From a virus, in the IMG/VR virus record IMGVR_UViG_3300017650_000001, positions 39,621 through 103,620 of that record: DNA of 64,000 nt; one strand, written 5' to 3'. Both the position numbers and the translations under genes were made by a program. Below are positions 53,779-63,733 of the stretch, piece after piece. Under the pieces are notes generated by a model. It had not been told where the DNA came from and ran no database searches. It worked only from the letters and a program-made list of their open reading frames with translations. How positions within the stretch are numbered: position 1 is the first letter of the stretch; each line of letters opens with the position of its first letter.

Positions 53779-56700
53779 TAGTCAATTGCCTTATACTTTC
53801 CGTCTGGCTGTAGTTCATAGGTGTGTCCATTCTGACGAACACGCGCGGGCTTATTTGTAGGAACAGGTGTTGTTGGCGTTCCGTGTCCCAAATCTTCCAT
53901 GAGAGGTTCGCCGGTCCGACCCGTATAACGATTCGCAGCGCCCGGACCAATTGTATTGATTCCCGGGACCGCGTTGACACGGTAGTGGATCAAACGCTGG
54001 ATTTCATCAAGAGATGCACCCAACTGCTTCACACCAAAGTTACCATTGATCTGATCGTTGGCCAGTTTCCACGCTGCTTCAGTTGGAGCGTAACCACCGT
54101 TCGCCAAGTTCGCGAATTCTTCCTTCAACGTATTAACAGAAGCCATGTACTGTGCAGCTAACTGGCCTTGAGGGGTGTTGCCCATAGTCTGCATGTAGGC
54201 AGTAAGTTTTGCCTTGTTCAACAGAGGGACGCCACTGTTCTGAAGTTCCTTAGAAAGCTGTCGAACGCGATCAATAGTTTTACTGACGCTAATAGCCAGA
54301 CCCGCAAAGCGGACTTGTTGTGGACCATTAAGCGATGCAATCTGCTTTTCAGCAGTCTTGTACTCAAGTTCAGCCTTACTGAGATCAAAGCCCTCCGCTT
54401 CAAGTTGGGCGCGAACAGGCCCCGACATTCCATACAACCCTTTAAGGGTGGGAGGCTGCCTTCCTGTTATAATTCCGGTAGCAACCTTAGCTACAGCGGC
54501 AGGATCGACATTTGTTCCTCCCTTACCGGTAGTCGCAATGCGATCACCAGGCTGTGGAGGCTTTCCTGTAACAGCATCAAGCACTGTGCCATTGACCTTA
54601 TTCATGACAAGCGGGTGGACACTATCACCAGACATGACGCTGCCAACAGGAGCCCAGCTATCGCGTTGCGTGATTTCTGCTTCTTGTCGCTTCAGTTCAA
54701 GATAGGCTGGGTTGACTTTGTATCCACCCGCACCATCAGGAACAAGGGAAGCTGTTCCCGCTGCACGATCTGCCTGTTGTTGTGCACGAGAGTCAGCACG
54801 TTCACGAAGTGCTTGCTGCGCCTGTTGCAAGCCCTGCTCTTCAGCAAATTTACGAGCTTCAAATTCAGCCTTTTGCTGAGCATTGTAAGAAGCTACACCT
54901 GCAAGACCACCTTCACCAATAGCGCCTCCAACACTTGGTGACCGCGAAGCCATCATTCCAAAGCCAGCAGAAATCAAGGAAGGCCACAACTTAGAATCGG
55001 ACCCCCAATTCATGTTACTGCCAAAGGAAGGAGCAACACCTTCTGATGATGGAGGAACTTCATCTGCATAAGACATTGCTGAACTACTCTGAGGCTCAGC
55101 AGTAGATGATCCTCCTGTGATTTCTGAAGGCAATCCACGACTTGCAACCTGCGGGGCAGAAGCTACGCCTTGCGGTTCTGCTACCATTGTTGGCTGTTCG
55201 TCTACAACAGGAGCTACGGGTGGTGGTGCAGCGTTAAACGCGGTGTAATTGATTCCTTGTGGATCGAACTCACCGCTCTTAAGCGCGTCCTGTACCGCTG
55301 CGAAGCGATCCTCTAATGGATCGACAACACCACCATCCGCGTATCCGCGCATCTTGTCCGCAATTGATTGCGCTTCAAATATATCATGACGGCGACGCTC
55401 GTTTAGAGCTGCTCCAAGACCGCCATATGTACTACCCTCATCAGGAGCAGTCGCTGAATTCCACAACCCTGCACGAGTGGTATTGTAAAGCGCTCGTTGA
55501 CCACGATCGCGGCCGTTGCTCAAGAATCTTGAAGCTCGTTCTACCATGTCTGGCAGTTCATCAACAGAACCGCCATCAGCAAAAGAAGCCACGCCACCAC
55601 GTGCGAATCCAGGACCGTAGTCACTCGCACTAAGACCCGGGAGCGGATTGCTCGAACTACCTCCCCAAGCGCCATCAGCAATACTACCTCCCCATGCTGT
55701 TGGATTCAAAAAACCACCGACTTGTTTAGCAAAATCACCGATCGATGCCATTTGCTTAGACGTATCGCCTTGCTGTCCAGATGCCCCTGAAGGAGCGCGT
55801 CCTTGTGGAGCACCAGAACCACGCGCGATGTTCATAGATGGGATCCATGTAAGCGCATCACCAAAAGGCGACGTCGCTACACCACCGCCCGAAGCAAAGG
55901 AAGCTACACCACCCGTTGACTTGTGCTTAACAGCATCCTTGGTAGCTTCTTTGTAGTCAACGGTTTTAATACCGTCGACGCTGCCAACAGCTTCTGGGTG
56001 CTTGCGCTCAACTTCCTGAGCAATGAAGCCAATTCGAGTAGTTGGATCACCCTTATAGTTGAAACGGACGATACGCTGGCCATCAAAAGTCTTACCAACT
56101 GTTTTGACATTTTCCTTGACGCGTTCATCTGAGAACAGGCCAAGTGACCCCAGCATACCAATACCGCTGGTGATGCCACCCAAGATTGAGCTCAGACCGC
56201 TTGGACCGGGCTGGGTTGTGGTACCAGATGACGTTCCACCCATCTGACTACCAACACCAGTCTGCATACCAGCCAGCCATTGTGCCTGCTGATATGGAAA
56301 GGCTTGCTGTTGCTGATACTGTTGTAGCAAAGCTTGATCAAGCAATTGTTGGGTGTTCTGCTGAACTTGTCCTGCACCCATTTGTGCAGCGCCACCGGAC
56401 AACCCGGCAGACTGCCCCGCACCAGCCAAACTACCGATAGCTCCAGCACCCTGTAACCCCAAAGCTTGCTGTTGCTGTGCGGTATTAACCGCTTGATTGT
56501 ATCCTGAATTGTACAGACCAGCGATTGTTGGAGCTTGTGATAACTGAAGTTGTCCAAGCGTGTTAGATTCAGCGATAGCTTCTCTGTTACCGCCAAGTGC
56601 TCCTTGTGCGATAGCGTTGCCTTTGACCTGCTGAAGCGCTTGAGCATTCTGGTTGTTAAAATGTGCTTGAGTAGCGTCAACAACGTTCTGCGTATATGGA

Positions 56701-56990
56701 CTCATATACTGCTGAATGCCAGCGGCTGTCAGCGGCTGGGAAGCGTTCTGAGCCTGTTGAATCGCAGAATTGTAATAAGGCTGCGCGTAGCCAGCACTTG
56801 CGTTGATGCTTCCGATACCAAGGTTCTGTTGGGCATTGACTGGAGCAACCAGCTCACCCGTATAGGGCTGATAAGGTGTTGAAGCTACACCTGACGCCCG
56901 TTGCAACAGATTTTGATAGGCAGCATAGGCCTGATCATCTGGCCGAGTCGTAGACTCTTGAGTTGAAGTTTGAGTACCCTTGCTGCCCAT
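53778..56990 (-). CDS. DNA ejection/pilot-type virion protein with an internal S74-like autoprocessing domain
   Basis: Gln/Gly-rich N-terminus (YMSPYTQNVV, GALGGNR), FSDERVKENV..GFIAQEVE..P.AV..VDY. Confidence 0.72.
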   Translation of the reverse strand: MGSKGTQTSTQESTTRPDDQAYAAYQNLLQRASGVASTPYQPYTGELVAPVNAQQNLGIGSINASAGYAQPYYNSAIQQAQNASQPLTAAGIQQYMSPYTQNVVDATQAHFNNQNAQALQQVKGNAIAQGALGGNREAIAESNTLGQLQLSQAPTIAGLYNSGYNQAVNTAQQQQALGLQGAGAIGSLAGAGQSAGLSGGAAQMGAGQVQQNTQQLLDQALLQQYQQQQAFPYQQAQWLAGMQTGVGSQMGGTSSGTTTQPGPSGLSSILGGITSGIGMLGSLGLFSDERVKENVKTVGKTFDGQRIVRFNYKGDPTTRIGFIAQEVERKHPEAVGSVDGIKTVDYKEATKDAVKHKSTGGVASFASGGGVATSPFGDALTWIPSMNIARGSGAPQGRAPSGASGQQGDTSKQMASIGDFAKQVGGFLNPTAWGGSIADGAWGGSSSNPLPGLSASDYGPGFARGGVASFADGGSVDELPDMVERASRFLSNGRDRGQRALYNTTRAGLWNSATAPDEGSTYGGLGAALNERRRHDIFEAQSIADKMRGYADGGVVDPLEDRFAAVQDALKSGEFDPQGINYTAFNAAPPPVAPVVDEQPTMVAEPQGVASAPQVASRGLPSEITGGSSTAEPQSSSAMSYADEVPPSSEGVAPSFGSNMNWGSDSKLWPSLISAGFGMMASRSPSVGGAIGEGGLAGVASYNAQQKAEFEARKFAEEQGLQQAQQALRERADSRAQQQADRAAGTASLVPDGAGGYKVNPAYLELKRQEAEITQRDSWAPVGSVMSGDSVHPLVMNKVNGTVLDAVTGKPPQPGDRIATTGKGGTNVDPAAVAKVATGIITGRQPPTLKGLYGMSGPVRAQLEAEGFDLSKAELEYKTAEKQIASLNGPQQVRFAGLAISVSKTIDRVRQLSKELQNSGVPLLNKAKLTAYMQTMGNTPQGQLAAQYMASVNTLKEEFANLANGGYAPTEAAWKLANDQINGNFGVKQLGASLDEIQRLIHYRVNAVPGINTIGPGAANRYTGRTGEPLMEDLGHGTPTTPVPTNKPARVRQNGHTYELQPDGKYKAID

Positions 56991-56996
56991 CGTATT

Positions 56997-57626
56997 TTAC
57001 GCCGCGTTGGTGTGTCCTGAATAGATAAAGAAACATCCCTTCTGCGTAGAAGCTTGCTTTATTACGGATTCAGCTTCTTTTAATCGACTCTCAGCAACCT
57101 TCTTTACGTTCCCGACAGAAGATCCAAGACTCTTACTATCAATCAACTTGATAGCCTCTAACATGCCTTTTGCAACATTGAACTCATCATGAGCTGCGAT
57201 ATCACTATTCAGCTGACGATCGTACAAGTAGACTTTACGCTGAGATGCAGCGTTAGGCATGATTCCGATAAACAACGGAAATGGTGTTTGTGTTGCACAC
57301 CATTTCGCAAATTTCAACAATTCAACTGCGTTGCGGGACTTCCGGTGTTCGGGGGAAACGTAAAGGAAAAGTTCTTCCCAATGATGGTCATTTGTATACC
57401 AAAATGACGACAACAAGAGATAGACCAATCCTTCGAGTTTTCCTTTGGGGCCTACCCCACCGAGTAGGCCACCCTCTTTATTGAAAGCACGCATCAACAT
57501 AGAGCGCACTTTAGTATCGTCCATCTTGAAGATGCCATTTTCAGCCCATAACTCCTTACAGAGTCGCATGACATCTTCAATTTCATCGACTTCTATAATT
57601 CGAACCCTACCTGAGTATGGTTCCAT
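56997..57626 (-). CDS. GNAT-like acetyltransferase
   Basis: ELFLYVSPEHRKSRNAVELLKFAKW motif A; typical position before podovirus ejection genes. Confidence 0.65.
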   Translation of the reverse strand: MEPYSGRVRIIEVDEIEDVMRLCKELWAENGIFKMDDTKVRSMLMRAFNKEGGLLGGVGPKGKLEGLVYLLLSSFWYTNDHHWEELFLYVSPEHRKSRNAVELLKFAKWCATQTPFPLFIGIMPNAASQRKVYLYDRQLNSDIAAHDEFNVAKGMLEAIKLIDSKSLGSSVGNVKKVAESRLKEAESVIKQASTQKGCFFIYSGHTNAA

Positions 57627-57953
57627 TTAGTTCACCTTGGTGCGATTTTCTTTTGCACGCTTGGTTGGTACGACTTCTTCGTCTTCAACCACAGGAGCTA
57701 CACCCGAAGTCTCCAGCGCGGCTGGAATCTTATTTTCAAGAGTAGCAAGAAGCTCACCTGTTGATTCATGCAACTGACGCAAACACTGGATATCCATCCG
57801 CAGCCTGCAAGAAATCACAGGATCAGCCTCAATCCCATCTTCTGCAGGGGAGAAGTTATAGGTACTGAAGGTCAAGTTAGCTACATTGTTGAGCAGCCCC
57901 CGACCCACTACTGTGTTTACAAAAACGACACCCACCTTATCTTGGTCTTTCAT
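57627..57953 (-). CDS. Hypothetical protein
   Basis: GGAGACTA RBS. Confidence 0.65.
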   Translation of the reverse strand: MKDQDKVGVVFVNTVVGRGLLNNVANLTFSTYNFSPAEDGIEADPVISCRLRMDIQCLRQLHESTGELLATLENKIPAALETSGVAPVVEDEEVVPTKRAKENRTKVN

Positions 57954-57965
57954 TGACTAGTCTCC

Positions 57966-58682
57966 TTAGTCTCTAGCTGGCCCGGGTAGCTTAGCCAGCG
58001 TTTTACGTAGTTTTTTACGTTCGTTTACTACCCATGAATCCATCGCTCGATGCGCTTCATCGAGCGACATTGATTTGTTATGCAGACGTTGCATCGTCTC
58101 GTGAACTGCGCTTGGAGGAAGAACGATTTCACCTCCAGCTAGTTTCACTGGAACAGGTTTTCCAACATGCTTGTCCGAATGACCCCCCTTAGCCATTGCT
58201 CTTGGTCGCGACGGGAACTTTGGAGCAGAATGACTACTATGACTATCAAGCTTGAACAGTTTATGCAGCTTTTCCATACCCGCAAGTGTATTTCCCTGCC
58301 CATGAGCAGAAACGATATCCGCTGGTATTACGTATGCGCCTGATGGTACATGCGTAAAATGTAAATCTGTGCGTCCGGGAACCGTGCTTACCAATGGACC
58401 GGTAGTCAATTTCACTGCATTCGCAGCGCCACCGCGCTTCAACTGCACAATCTCGGGTTGTCCAGGAGCAACACCCTGTGCAGGACTGAAAGGCTGTGAC
58501 AATGAACCTCCCATATTGCGCCCTTTGGTTTCGCGAGCGTTACTCAAAGCGATCGCCACAGCTTGCTTGTCAGCACGCTTCTTACCGAATTTGTCTTCGG
58601 TATGAGCAAAGGTCTTACCTTTGTGGAGCTCTCGAATGTTGCTCGAGATTGTTTTCTGACTTGATCCTGATCGAAGCGGCAT
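57966..58682 (-). CDS. Basic virion-associated protein
   Basis: MPL..GSSQKTISSNIREL..QAVAIAL, GRTD..GAYVIPADIVS..GQGNT.AG. Confidence 0.7.
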   Translation of the reverse strand: MPLRSGSSQKTISSNIRELHKGKTFAHTEDKFGKKRADKQAVAIALSNARETKGRNMGGSLSQPFSPAQGVAPGQPEIVQLKRGGAANAVKLTTGPLVSTVPGRTDLHFTHVPSGAYVIPADIVSAHGQGNTLAGMEKLHKLFKLDSHSSHSAPKFPSRPRAMAKGGHSDKHVGKPVPVKLAGGEIVLPPSAVHETMQRLHNKSMSLDEAHRAMDSWVVNERKKLRKTLAKLPGPARD

Positions 58683-58716
58683 CTTTGTATTCTAGCAGGT
58701 TACAGCCCAACCGCAA

Positions 58717-59100
58717 TTAGGTTGGTGTGTTGATGGTGTATGAGAATTGAGGAGTCCCGCTAACAACTCCTGTTTGAGTTGCTATTGTAAACGAAGTTCC
58801 AGGAACTATTGTTGAGATATAGATACCATTGGTTCTTTGCGCGGCCGCAGCATCCGCGTTTAAGGCAGTTAGTCCAATTGTGGATTGTGACTGAACAGAG
58901 GGTTGCGTAACAACAAAAGATCCTACACCTGTTGTCATTGTAAATGATCCTGAAACAACCCGTCCCTTAATGACATTAACAAGAGCAGTCAACTGACGGA
59001 CAATGCCCTGTAGTTGGATAACAATGTCTGTTGTACCAGCCGCTTGTGGCGGCGGTTGGTTCATGGGACCATTTTGATTTAGACCATCTAAGAATGACAT
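58717..59100 (-). CDS. Putative tail-associated protein
   Basis: Beta-rich, coupled to the tail gene. Confidence 0.6.
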   Translation of the reverse strand: MSFLDGLNQNGPMNQPPPQAAGTTDIVIQLQGIVRQLTALVNVIKGRVVSGSFTMTTGVGSFVVTQPSVQSQSTIGLTALNADAAAAQRTNGIYISTIVPGTSFTIATQTGVVSGTPQFSYTINTPT

Positions 59101-61352
59101 TACCTACGTCCTGATGGGTTGTATCTAAATTTAATACTGCCGATTCTCCAGAAAGAGCCCGTATCGCTTGACGACACAGTTACCGACATCAAGCGACCTC
59201 TAAATCGAACAGGCAGGTATCTTGTAGCTTGTGTGACCGTATACGGTCCATAAGAAATGGGAGTATCTCCCGGAAAGTTTGATACGTCAAATGTTAGTTG
59301 TATTTGTGCGGATGGTCCGCCTGGAAATTCGTTCCACTTAAAATCAGGCATGATTTGATCGACAAATACGAAATCTTCACCCTCAGCTAAATAGAAATCA
59401 CCTGTTGTAAAAGAAGAACCAAGTGGTTGTCCATCAGCATCATTGGTTGTTTCTTGCCAATAGATCGTGCCAGTTGATGCTGCGGAAATGGGCATTCCCA
59501 AAATGCTCTGATCAATCCATGCAGAACGCTGTAATAAGCCGTAATCCCATGGAGCTCCAGGCTCTAGGATATTCATCTTCACGTAGCTGTCATTTTCACC
59601 GTTCACTGAATTCACAGACGGGTACAACCAACCAATCTCGTTGAAGGGTGTATTTGGCATCGCACAGATATTGTCTAAGAAATCTGTATTTAGATTCTGA
59701 AAGACAGCATCCCAAATAGGGCATGGAATGACGTTAGCTGAACCTCCACTATATACATAAAAGTTTGTAGGACCCATCCAAAAAACACCGGTACGCAGCA
59801 CTTGGATAGCATGTGCTGATACAAGTCCCATACCAGCGCCGATTTTGTTGAATCCAAATACTGTTGGAGGACCAATGTAGTTCATCGCCCAAAGATCTTG
59901 GTCTGTCCACAGAAGGTTTTGATTTGTTGCAGCAAGACCACCTACAAGTTTGGAACCTGTCGGAATAGTGAAGTTACCTGCTTGTGTGGTTGCAGTCGCT
60001 TCCCATTCAAAGAAGTTACCAACATCGCACCACTGCACAAGTAAAGGTTGCTGTTGAACACCAAGATCAAGCGAAACAGAAGAACCGTAAGCTACAAGAA
60101 TTTGTTGCGTGTTAGAGATAAAAATCCCTGTATTATATGGCGGAGCTCCTGGAATGATCGATGCCGTCTGAAAACCCGATCCCGGTTGCCAGTAGTAAAT
60201 TGAGTCATTCAAAGGACAGGCAAGTAAGATTTCTCCCCAGTTACCTGTTGTCCAGGACGCTGTTGTAATATCGGTTCCTGTCTGTGATGATGGAACAACA
60301 CCCGTTCCGTATCCACCATCCCCGTATCCTCCCAAGCCGTAGCCAATACCAACAGCCTGTGGTCCCAGCGCAATTTTGTAGACAATCTGAACTTCGCCAT
60401 CGTTCATAGCGAATGTGCTAGAACTTGTTGCGAGTGTATTTGATGAAATCGTAAATGTATTCGCTGACGGAATTGTCAATACTTTGTACGATCCCAAAAT
60501 AGAAACACCACTACCTGTTGTAGCAATCGGAAATTGTACAGAACCTCCTACACTTAGATTGTGGTTGATAAACGTTACTGTAACAACAGCACTGCCTGCA
60601 ATCACTGTAAAAACAGGGATGCTGGAAAATACAATATCATCTCCCGATCCAACACCTGGAGGATCGATATTGTTGTTTATTGTTACTGTAGTCCCTGTCG
60701 TTCCGGAAACAATTGTATTCGGAGGAATTGCAGCAGGAGTTGTGATATCAGCCACCACCATGCCGTCATCTACCCAAGACGGTGTAGTAGTAAAATTCAA
60801 AGTAGCTGTTCCAGCAGCCGATCCCGCGCTTGTGCTGGTTGGATTGGTTTCTGTTACAGTCGCATTTGAATTCGCCAAAATTGTATAAGAATTCGTACCT
60901 GTAATTGAAGCGATTTGATACAACCCAAACAAAATAATTCCACCCTGAGATACAGGCGTGTTGAATAAGACCGAATCGTTTATGGTTACGTTATTGATAT
61001 TTGGGTCTACAATCTCAACAATGTTGCTTCCCGCAGTTACAGATATGTTAGGAGCGAAATTAGATACAAGGAGTTGCGGGCTTATATTCTGTAGTTGACC
61101 ATTGTTGATGATAGCAAGCTGTGTCGTTGTGCCAACACTCAAATACTTGTTTGAGTTGAGGTCTTGCCAAGCGTGCAAATCACGCGGTGTCCCGGCGACT
61201 GTGTAGGGATAGAACTTAGACCATCCGCCATACTTTTGGACCAGAGAGTCTCTAAAGCGAATGAGTTGACTCTTTGAATAGCTCGCACGCAAAAGCAAAG
61301 GTGTCTTTTCTACGTTGACACCGGGTTGTAGTGTGATAGATCCAAAAGGCAT
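59100..61352 (-). CDS. Tail nozzle / DNA stabilization protein (P22 gp10-like beta-propeller)
   Basis: 750 aa, IRFR..KYGGW N-terminus, VQWCD..W..AG, FWMG..FY.Y.G, C-terminal RFRGR..WRIG..GRR. Confidence 0.7.
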   Translation of the reverse strand: MPFGSITLQPGVNVEKTPLLLRASYSKSQLIRFRDSLVQKYGGWSKFYPYTVAGTPRDLHAWQDLNSNKYLSVGTTTQLAIINNGQLQNISPQLLVSNFAPNISVTAGSNIVEIVDPNINNVTINDSVLFNTPVSQGGIILFGLYQIASITGTNSYTILANSNATVTETNPTSTSAGSAAGTATLNFTTTPSWVDDGMVVADITTPAAIPPNTIVSGTTGTTVTINNNIDPPGVGSGDDIVFSSIPVFTVIAGSAVVTVTFINHNLSVGGSVQFPIATTGSGVSILGSYKVLTIPSANTFTISSNTLATSSSTFAMNDGEVQIVYKIALGPQAVGIGYGLGGYGDGGYGTGVVPSSQTGTDITTASWTTGNWGEILLACPLNDSIYYWQPGSGFQTASIIPGAPPYNTGIFISNTQQILVAYGSSVSLDLGVQQQPLLVQWCDVGNFFEWEATATTQAGNFTIPTGSKLVGGLAATNQNLLWTDQDLWAMNYIGPPTVFGFNKIGAGMGLVSAHAIQVLRTGVFWMGPTNFYVYSGGSANVIPCPIWDAVFQNLNTDFLDNICAMPNTPFNEIGWLYPSVNSVNGENDSYVKMNILEPGAPWDYGLLQRSAWIDQSILGMPISAASTGTIYWQETTNDADGQPLGSSFTTGDFYLAEGEDFVFVDQIMPDFKWNEFPGGPSAQIQLTFDVSNFPGDTPISYGPYTVTQATRYLPVRFRGRLMSVTVSSSDTGSFWRIGSIKFRYNPSGRR

Positions 61353-61355
61353 GAT

Positions 61356-62063
61356 TTATGCGCGCGGGGGAGTCGTAACAGGATAGGGCTGTTTTGGCGA
61401 CCAAGCAAAAGATTGGTACTTCTTTCGCAGCTCTTCCGTGTTTGCAGAACTCATCAATTCTTTAGTATGGCTTTCCCAAGTCACAGCCATCTGTGGGTTA
61501 TCCACAACAGCACCAAAGTTCTGCAGATACCCTGTCGAGAATACCATTGATGCTGCAAAAAAGAGATCAGGCAAATACTGAGTTAGGTACGTTGTAGGAT
61601 TTGTCGCACTCAGAGCTTCAGGTCTAATAGTGCCAATAACCTCTACTGTATAGTCTGCATCAGGAGAAGGTCCTACAATAATGGTTTGATCCGTCATCAT
61701 CGCGTAGTACTGCGGTATTGATGGTGAACCTGTCGCTGTATCATTCCCATAAACAGCATCTAAAAATTCACGAGTTGTAGGAATTAGCTGTAGTCGATTT
61801 GTTGTTGTGTTCACGGGGGTAAACACATTGATTGACTCACTAACAACGAAATGTTGTGGAAACGTAAAACTTCTACTATTTGCTGTCAGCTTCCCGGATT
61901 GATCGTTAACGATTGTAGTCAACAAATCTAGTTCACGATAGATGCGCTGCTCAGCATCATCAATGATTCGTGGAAGTTCTGCTTGGAAATTTGCGTCTGT
62001 AGACGGAACAACTAGCGTGTTAGCTAACGTTGTTACAAATCCGTTGTAATCATACCCCGGCAT
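61356..62063 (-). CDS. Head-tail adaptor-like protein
   Basis: IDDAEQRIYREL, PQYYA, VGPSPD..Y, TYL..PDL pattern. Confidence 0.65.
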   Translation of the reverse strand: MPGYDYNGFVTTLANTLVVPSTDANFQAELPRIIDDAEQRIYRELDLLTTIVNDQSGKLTANSRSFTFPQHFVVSESINVFTPVNTTTNRLQLIPTTREFLDAVYGNDTATGSPSIPQYYAMMTDQTIIVGPSPDADYTVEVIGTIRPEALSATNPTTYLTQYLPDLFFAASMVFSTGYLQNFGAVVDNPQMAVTWESHTKELMSSANTEELRKKYQSFAWSPKQPYPVTTPPRA

Positions 62064-62712
62064 CGTTCACACCTAGAGCATTCTTCCACTTGATTAACCA
62101 TTCCTTACGCTTTTCATATCCAATGATGCTCTTGGAACTCTTAACAAGATGTCCAACATTGAGCAATGCAGATACACTGAGTAGGTCATCTTTCAGAGCG
62201 TAAGGGCGGCATCCACAATTGATAAAATCAGATACCGCACATTCTAAGAAGTGATCAGGATCAACCAACAAATCTGGATTGTTTACAACATCTAGACCAG
62301 TTTGTTTTGCTACACGCTCGTAACCGCTACGACCTGTGGTTTGTGAACCACCACGACCCCTAAAATTCCAACCATCGTTGCTGTTCAATCGATTTCCCAT
62401 GCGTCCATTGTAGACTTTGTTAGCTAATTTCTGCGGATTGTGAGCATAAGGCTCAGCAGAAGCTACAGATGGGAATCGAGAAGGCCAGACCGCGCGGATT
62501 CGATCTGCACGATAGTTCATGTTTTCAACAAGATCGTTGCCAGCACCGCATTCATGACTAATCTGCGCCATAACATGTGCAATTAACAAAGGTGTATTGA
62601 TCTTGTATTTTTCAAACACAGCATCAGACGAATTCGCGATACCATCTCGCAAACCCGGCTGCTTCTTATCGCCGTTTGGCCATAGGTTGTATAGTGTGTT
62701 TATGAATGCCAT
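62050..62712 (-). CDS. GH19 endolysin
   Basis: MAQISHECG, ENMNY, ANKVY.GRMGN..DGWNFRGRG..QTTGR..Y. Confidence 0.9.
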   Translation of the reverse strand: MAFINTLYNLWPNGDKKQPGLRDGIANSSDAVFEKYKINTPLLIAHVMAQISHECGAGNDLVENMNYRADRIRAVWPSRFPSVASAEPYAHNPQKLANKVYNGRMGNRLNSNDGWNFRGRGGSQTTGRSGYERVAKQTGLDVVNNPDLLVDPDHFLECAVSDFINCGCRPYALKDDLLSVSALLNVGHLVKSSKSIIGYEKRKEWLIKWKNALGVNDAGV

Positions 62713-62716
62713 GATA

Positions 62717-63193
62717 CTAGGTCATATACCAAGAGTTGCCATTCGGAACAGGGGTGATGGTAACCCACTGATAAGAGGTATCCAATGTAATCGAGCTCAA
62801 ACCGTCACATAGTTGACCAGATGAGAACGTGATCGTGATTGGATTGATATCAGCATCCCCTTTGATATCTTTGACAAGAACAGGGAAGGGATACTGCATA
62901 GAAGAAGCGGTCGGGAATATAATTGACGTCGGGGATGGCAAAGTCTTGTTTACAAGAATTCGAGTATCTGTTGGTGCAACATTGTAAGTTGCGCCTGCTG
63001 TAATAATTTCAGTATTAAGGACTGGAAAGGCTGCGAAGAAGGACGCAAGAGTTTCCGTCGTTATCTTATAAGAGACACCCTGACCTTGTGTGCCTGGCGA
63101 AACGATATACATCAATTCACCGCCAGTCAAAGTCCCTGTTAGCGGGTTTTGACTGGTCAGTCGGCCATCAGAAGGTATGAACAGTGCAGGCAT
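62717..63193 (-). CDS. Putative virion protein
   Basis: Beta-rich, VKD..GDA..NPITI pattern. Confidence 0.6.
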   Translation of the reverse strand: MPALFIPSDGRLTSQNPLTGTLTGGELMYIVSPGTQGQGVSYKITTETLASFFAAFPVLNTEIITAGATYNVAPTDTRILVNKTLPSPTSIIFPTASSMQYPFPVLVKDIKGDADINPITITFSSGQLCDGLSSITLDTSYQWVTITPVPNGNSWYMT

Positions 63194-63610
63194 TTACGAA
63201 GGCATCGTTGGTGTTGTTGTCGTGTACTCTAAGATAAGGAGTGTTTCACCATCTTCTGTTGTTAATTGGCTTTGTGGTCCCGCAAGCCACGGCGGCAAAG
63301 GTGTTACAGATCCAATCTGCAACTGAATTACTGTCTGCTCTTCATACCCAAAATTGGGTACACGAGCGTTAACAATAGGCGGCGGGTCCGGTGGTAGAAT
63401 GATAGTCCGGAACTGCTCTTGTGGAACATCGTAGCAGCCATTGCCTGTTGTGCAAACAAGCTTGCCGGTATTGTATAGATGCATACCAGCCCATTCATAC
63501 TGCCAATCAAGCTTAGAACGGTTGTACCAAAAGCCGCAACGGTCGCATTGCGCGAACGCTTCAGGATTGTGGGTATCTACCCTAGCATATCGTGGGGTAG
63601 GATCAGCCAT
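63194..63610 (-). CDS. Conserved Zn-finger phage protein
   Basis: AQCDRCGFWY...VC...CYD.PQ.Q...DP.P. Confidence 0.7.
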   Translation of the reverse strand: MADPTPRYARVDTHNPEAFAQCDRCGFWYNRSKLDWQYEWAGMHLYNTGKLVCTTGNGCYDVPQEQFRTIILPPDPPPIVNARVPNFGYEEQTVIQLQIGSVTPLPPWLAGPQSQLTTEDGETLLILEYTTTTPTMPS

Positions 63611-63733
63611 TTAGTGATCCCAGCCTTGTGCCATGAACCACAAAGCAAACATTACGCCTGCGAAAACGATACCTACAAGGAACAAGCCGCCAAAGGCAGC
63701 TACAACCTGTCCAACTGTAATTGCCTGATCCAT
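63611..63733 (-). CDS. Small membrane protein (40 aa)
   Basis: Not in ORF track: MMDQAITVGQVVAAFGGLFLVGIVFAGVMFALWFMAQGWDH; coupled at both ends. Confidence 0.5.
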   Translation of the reverse strand: MDQAITVGQVVAAFGGLFLVGIVFAGVMFALWFMAQGWDH

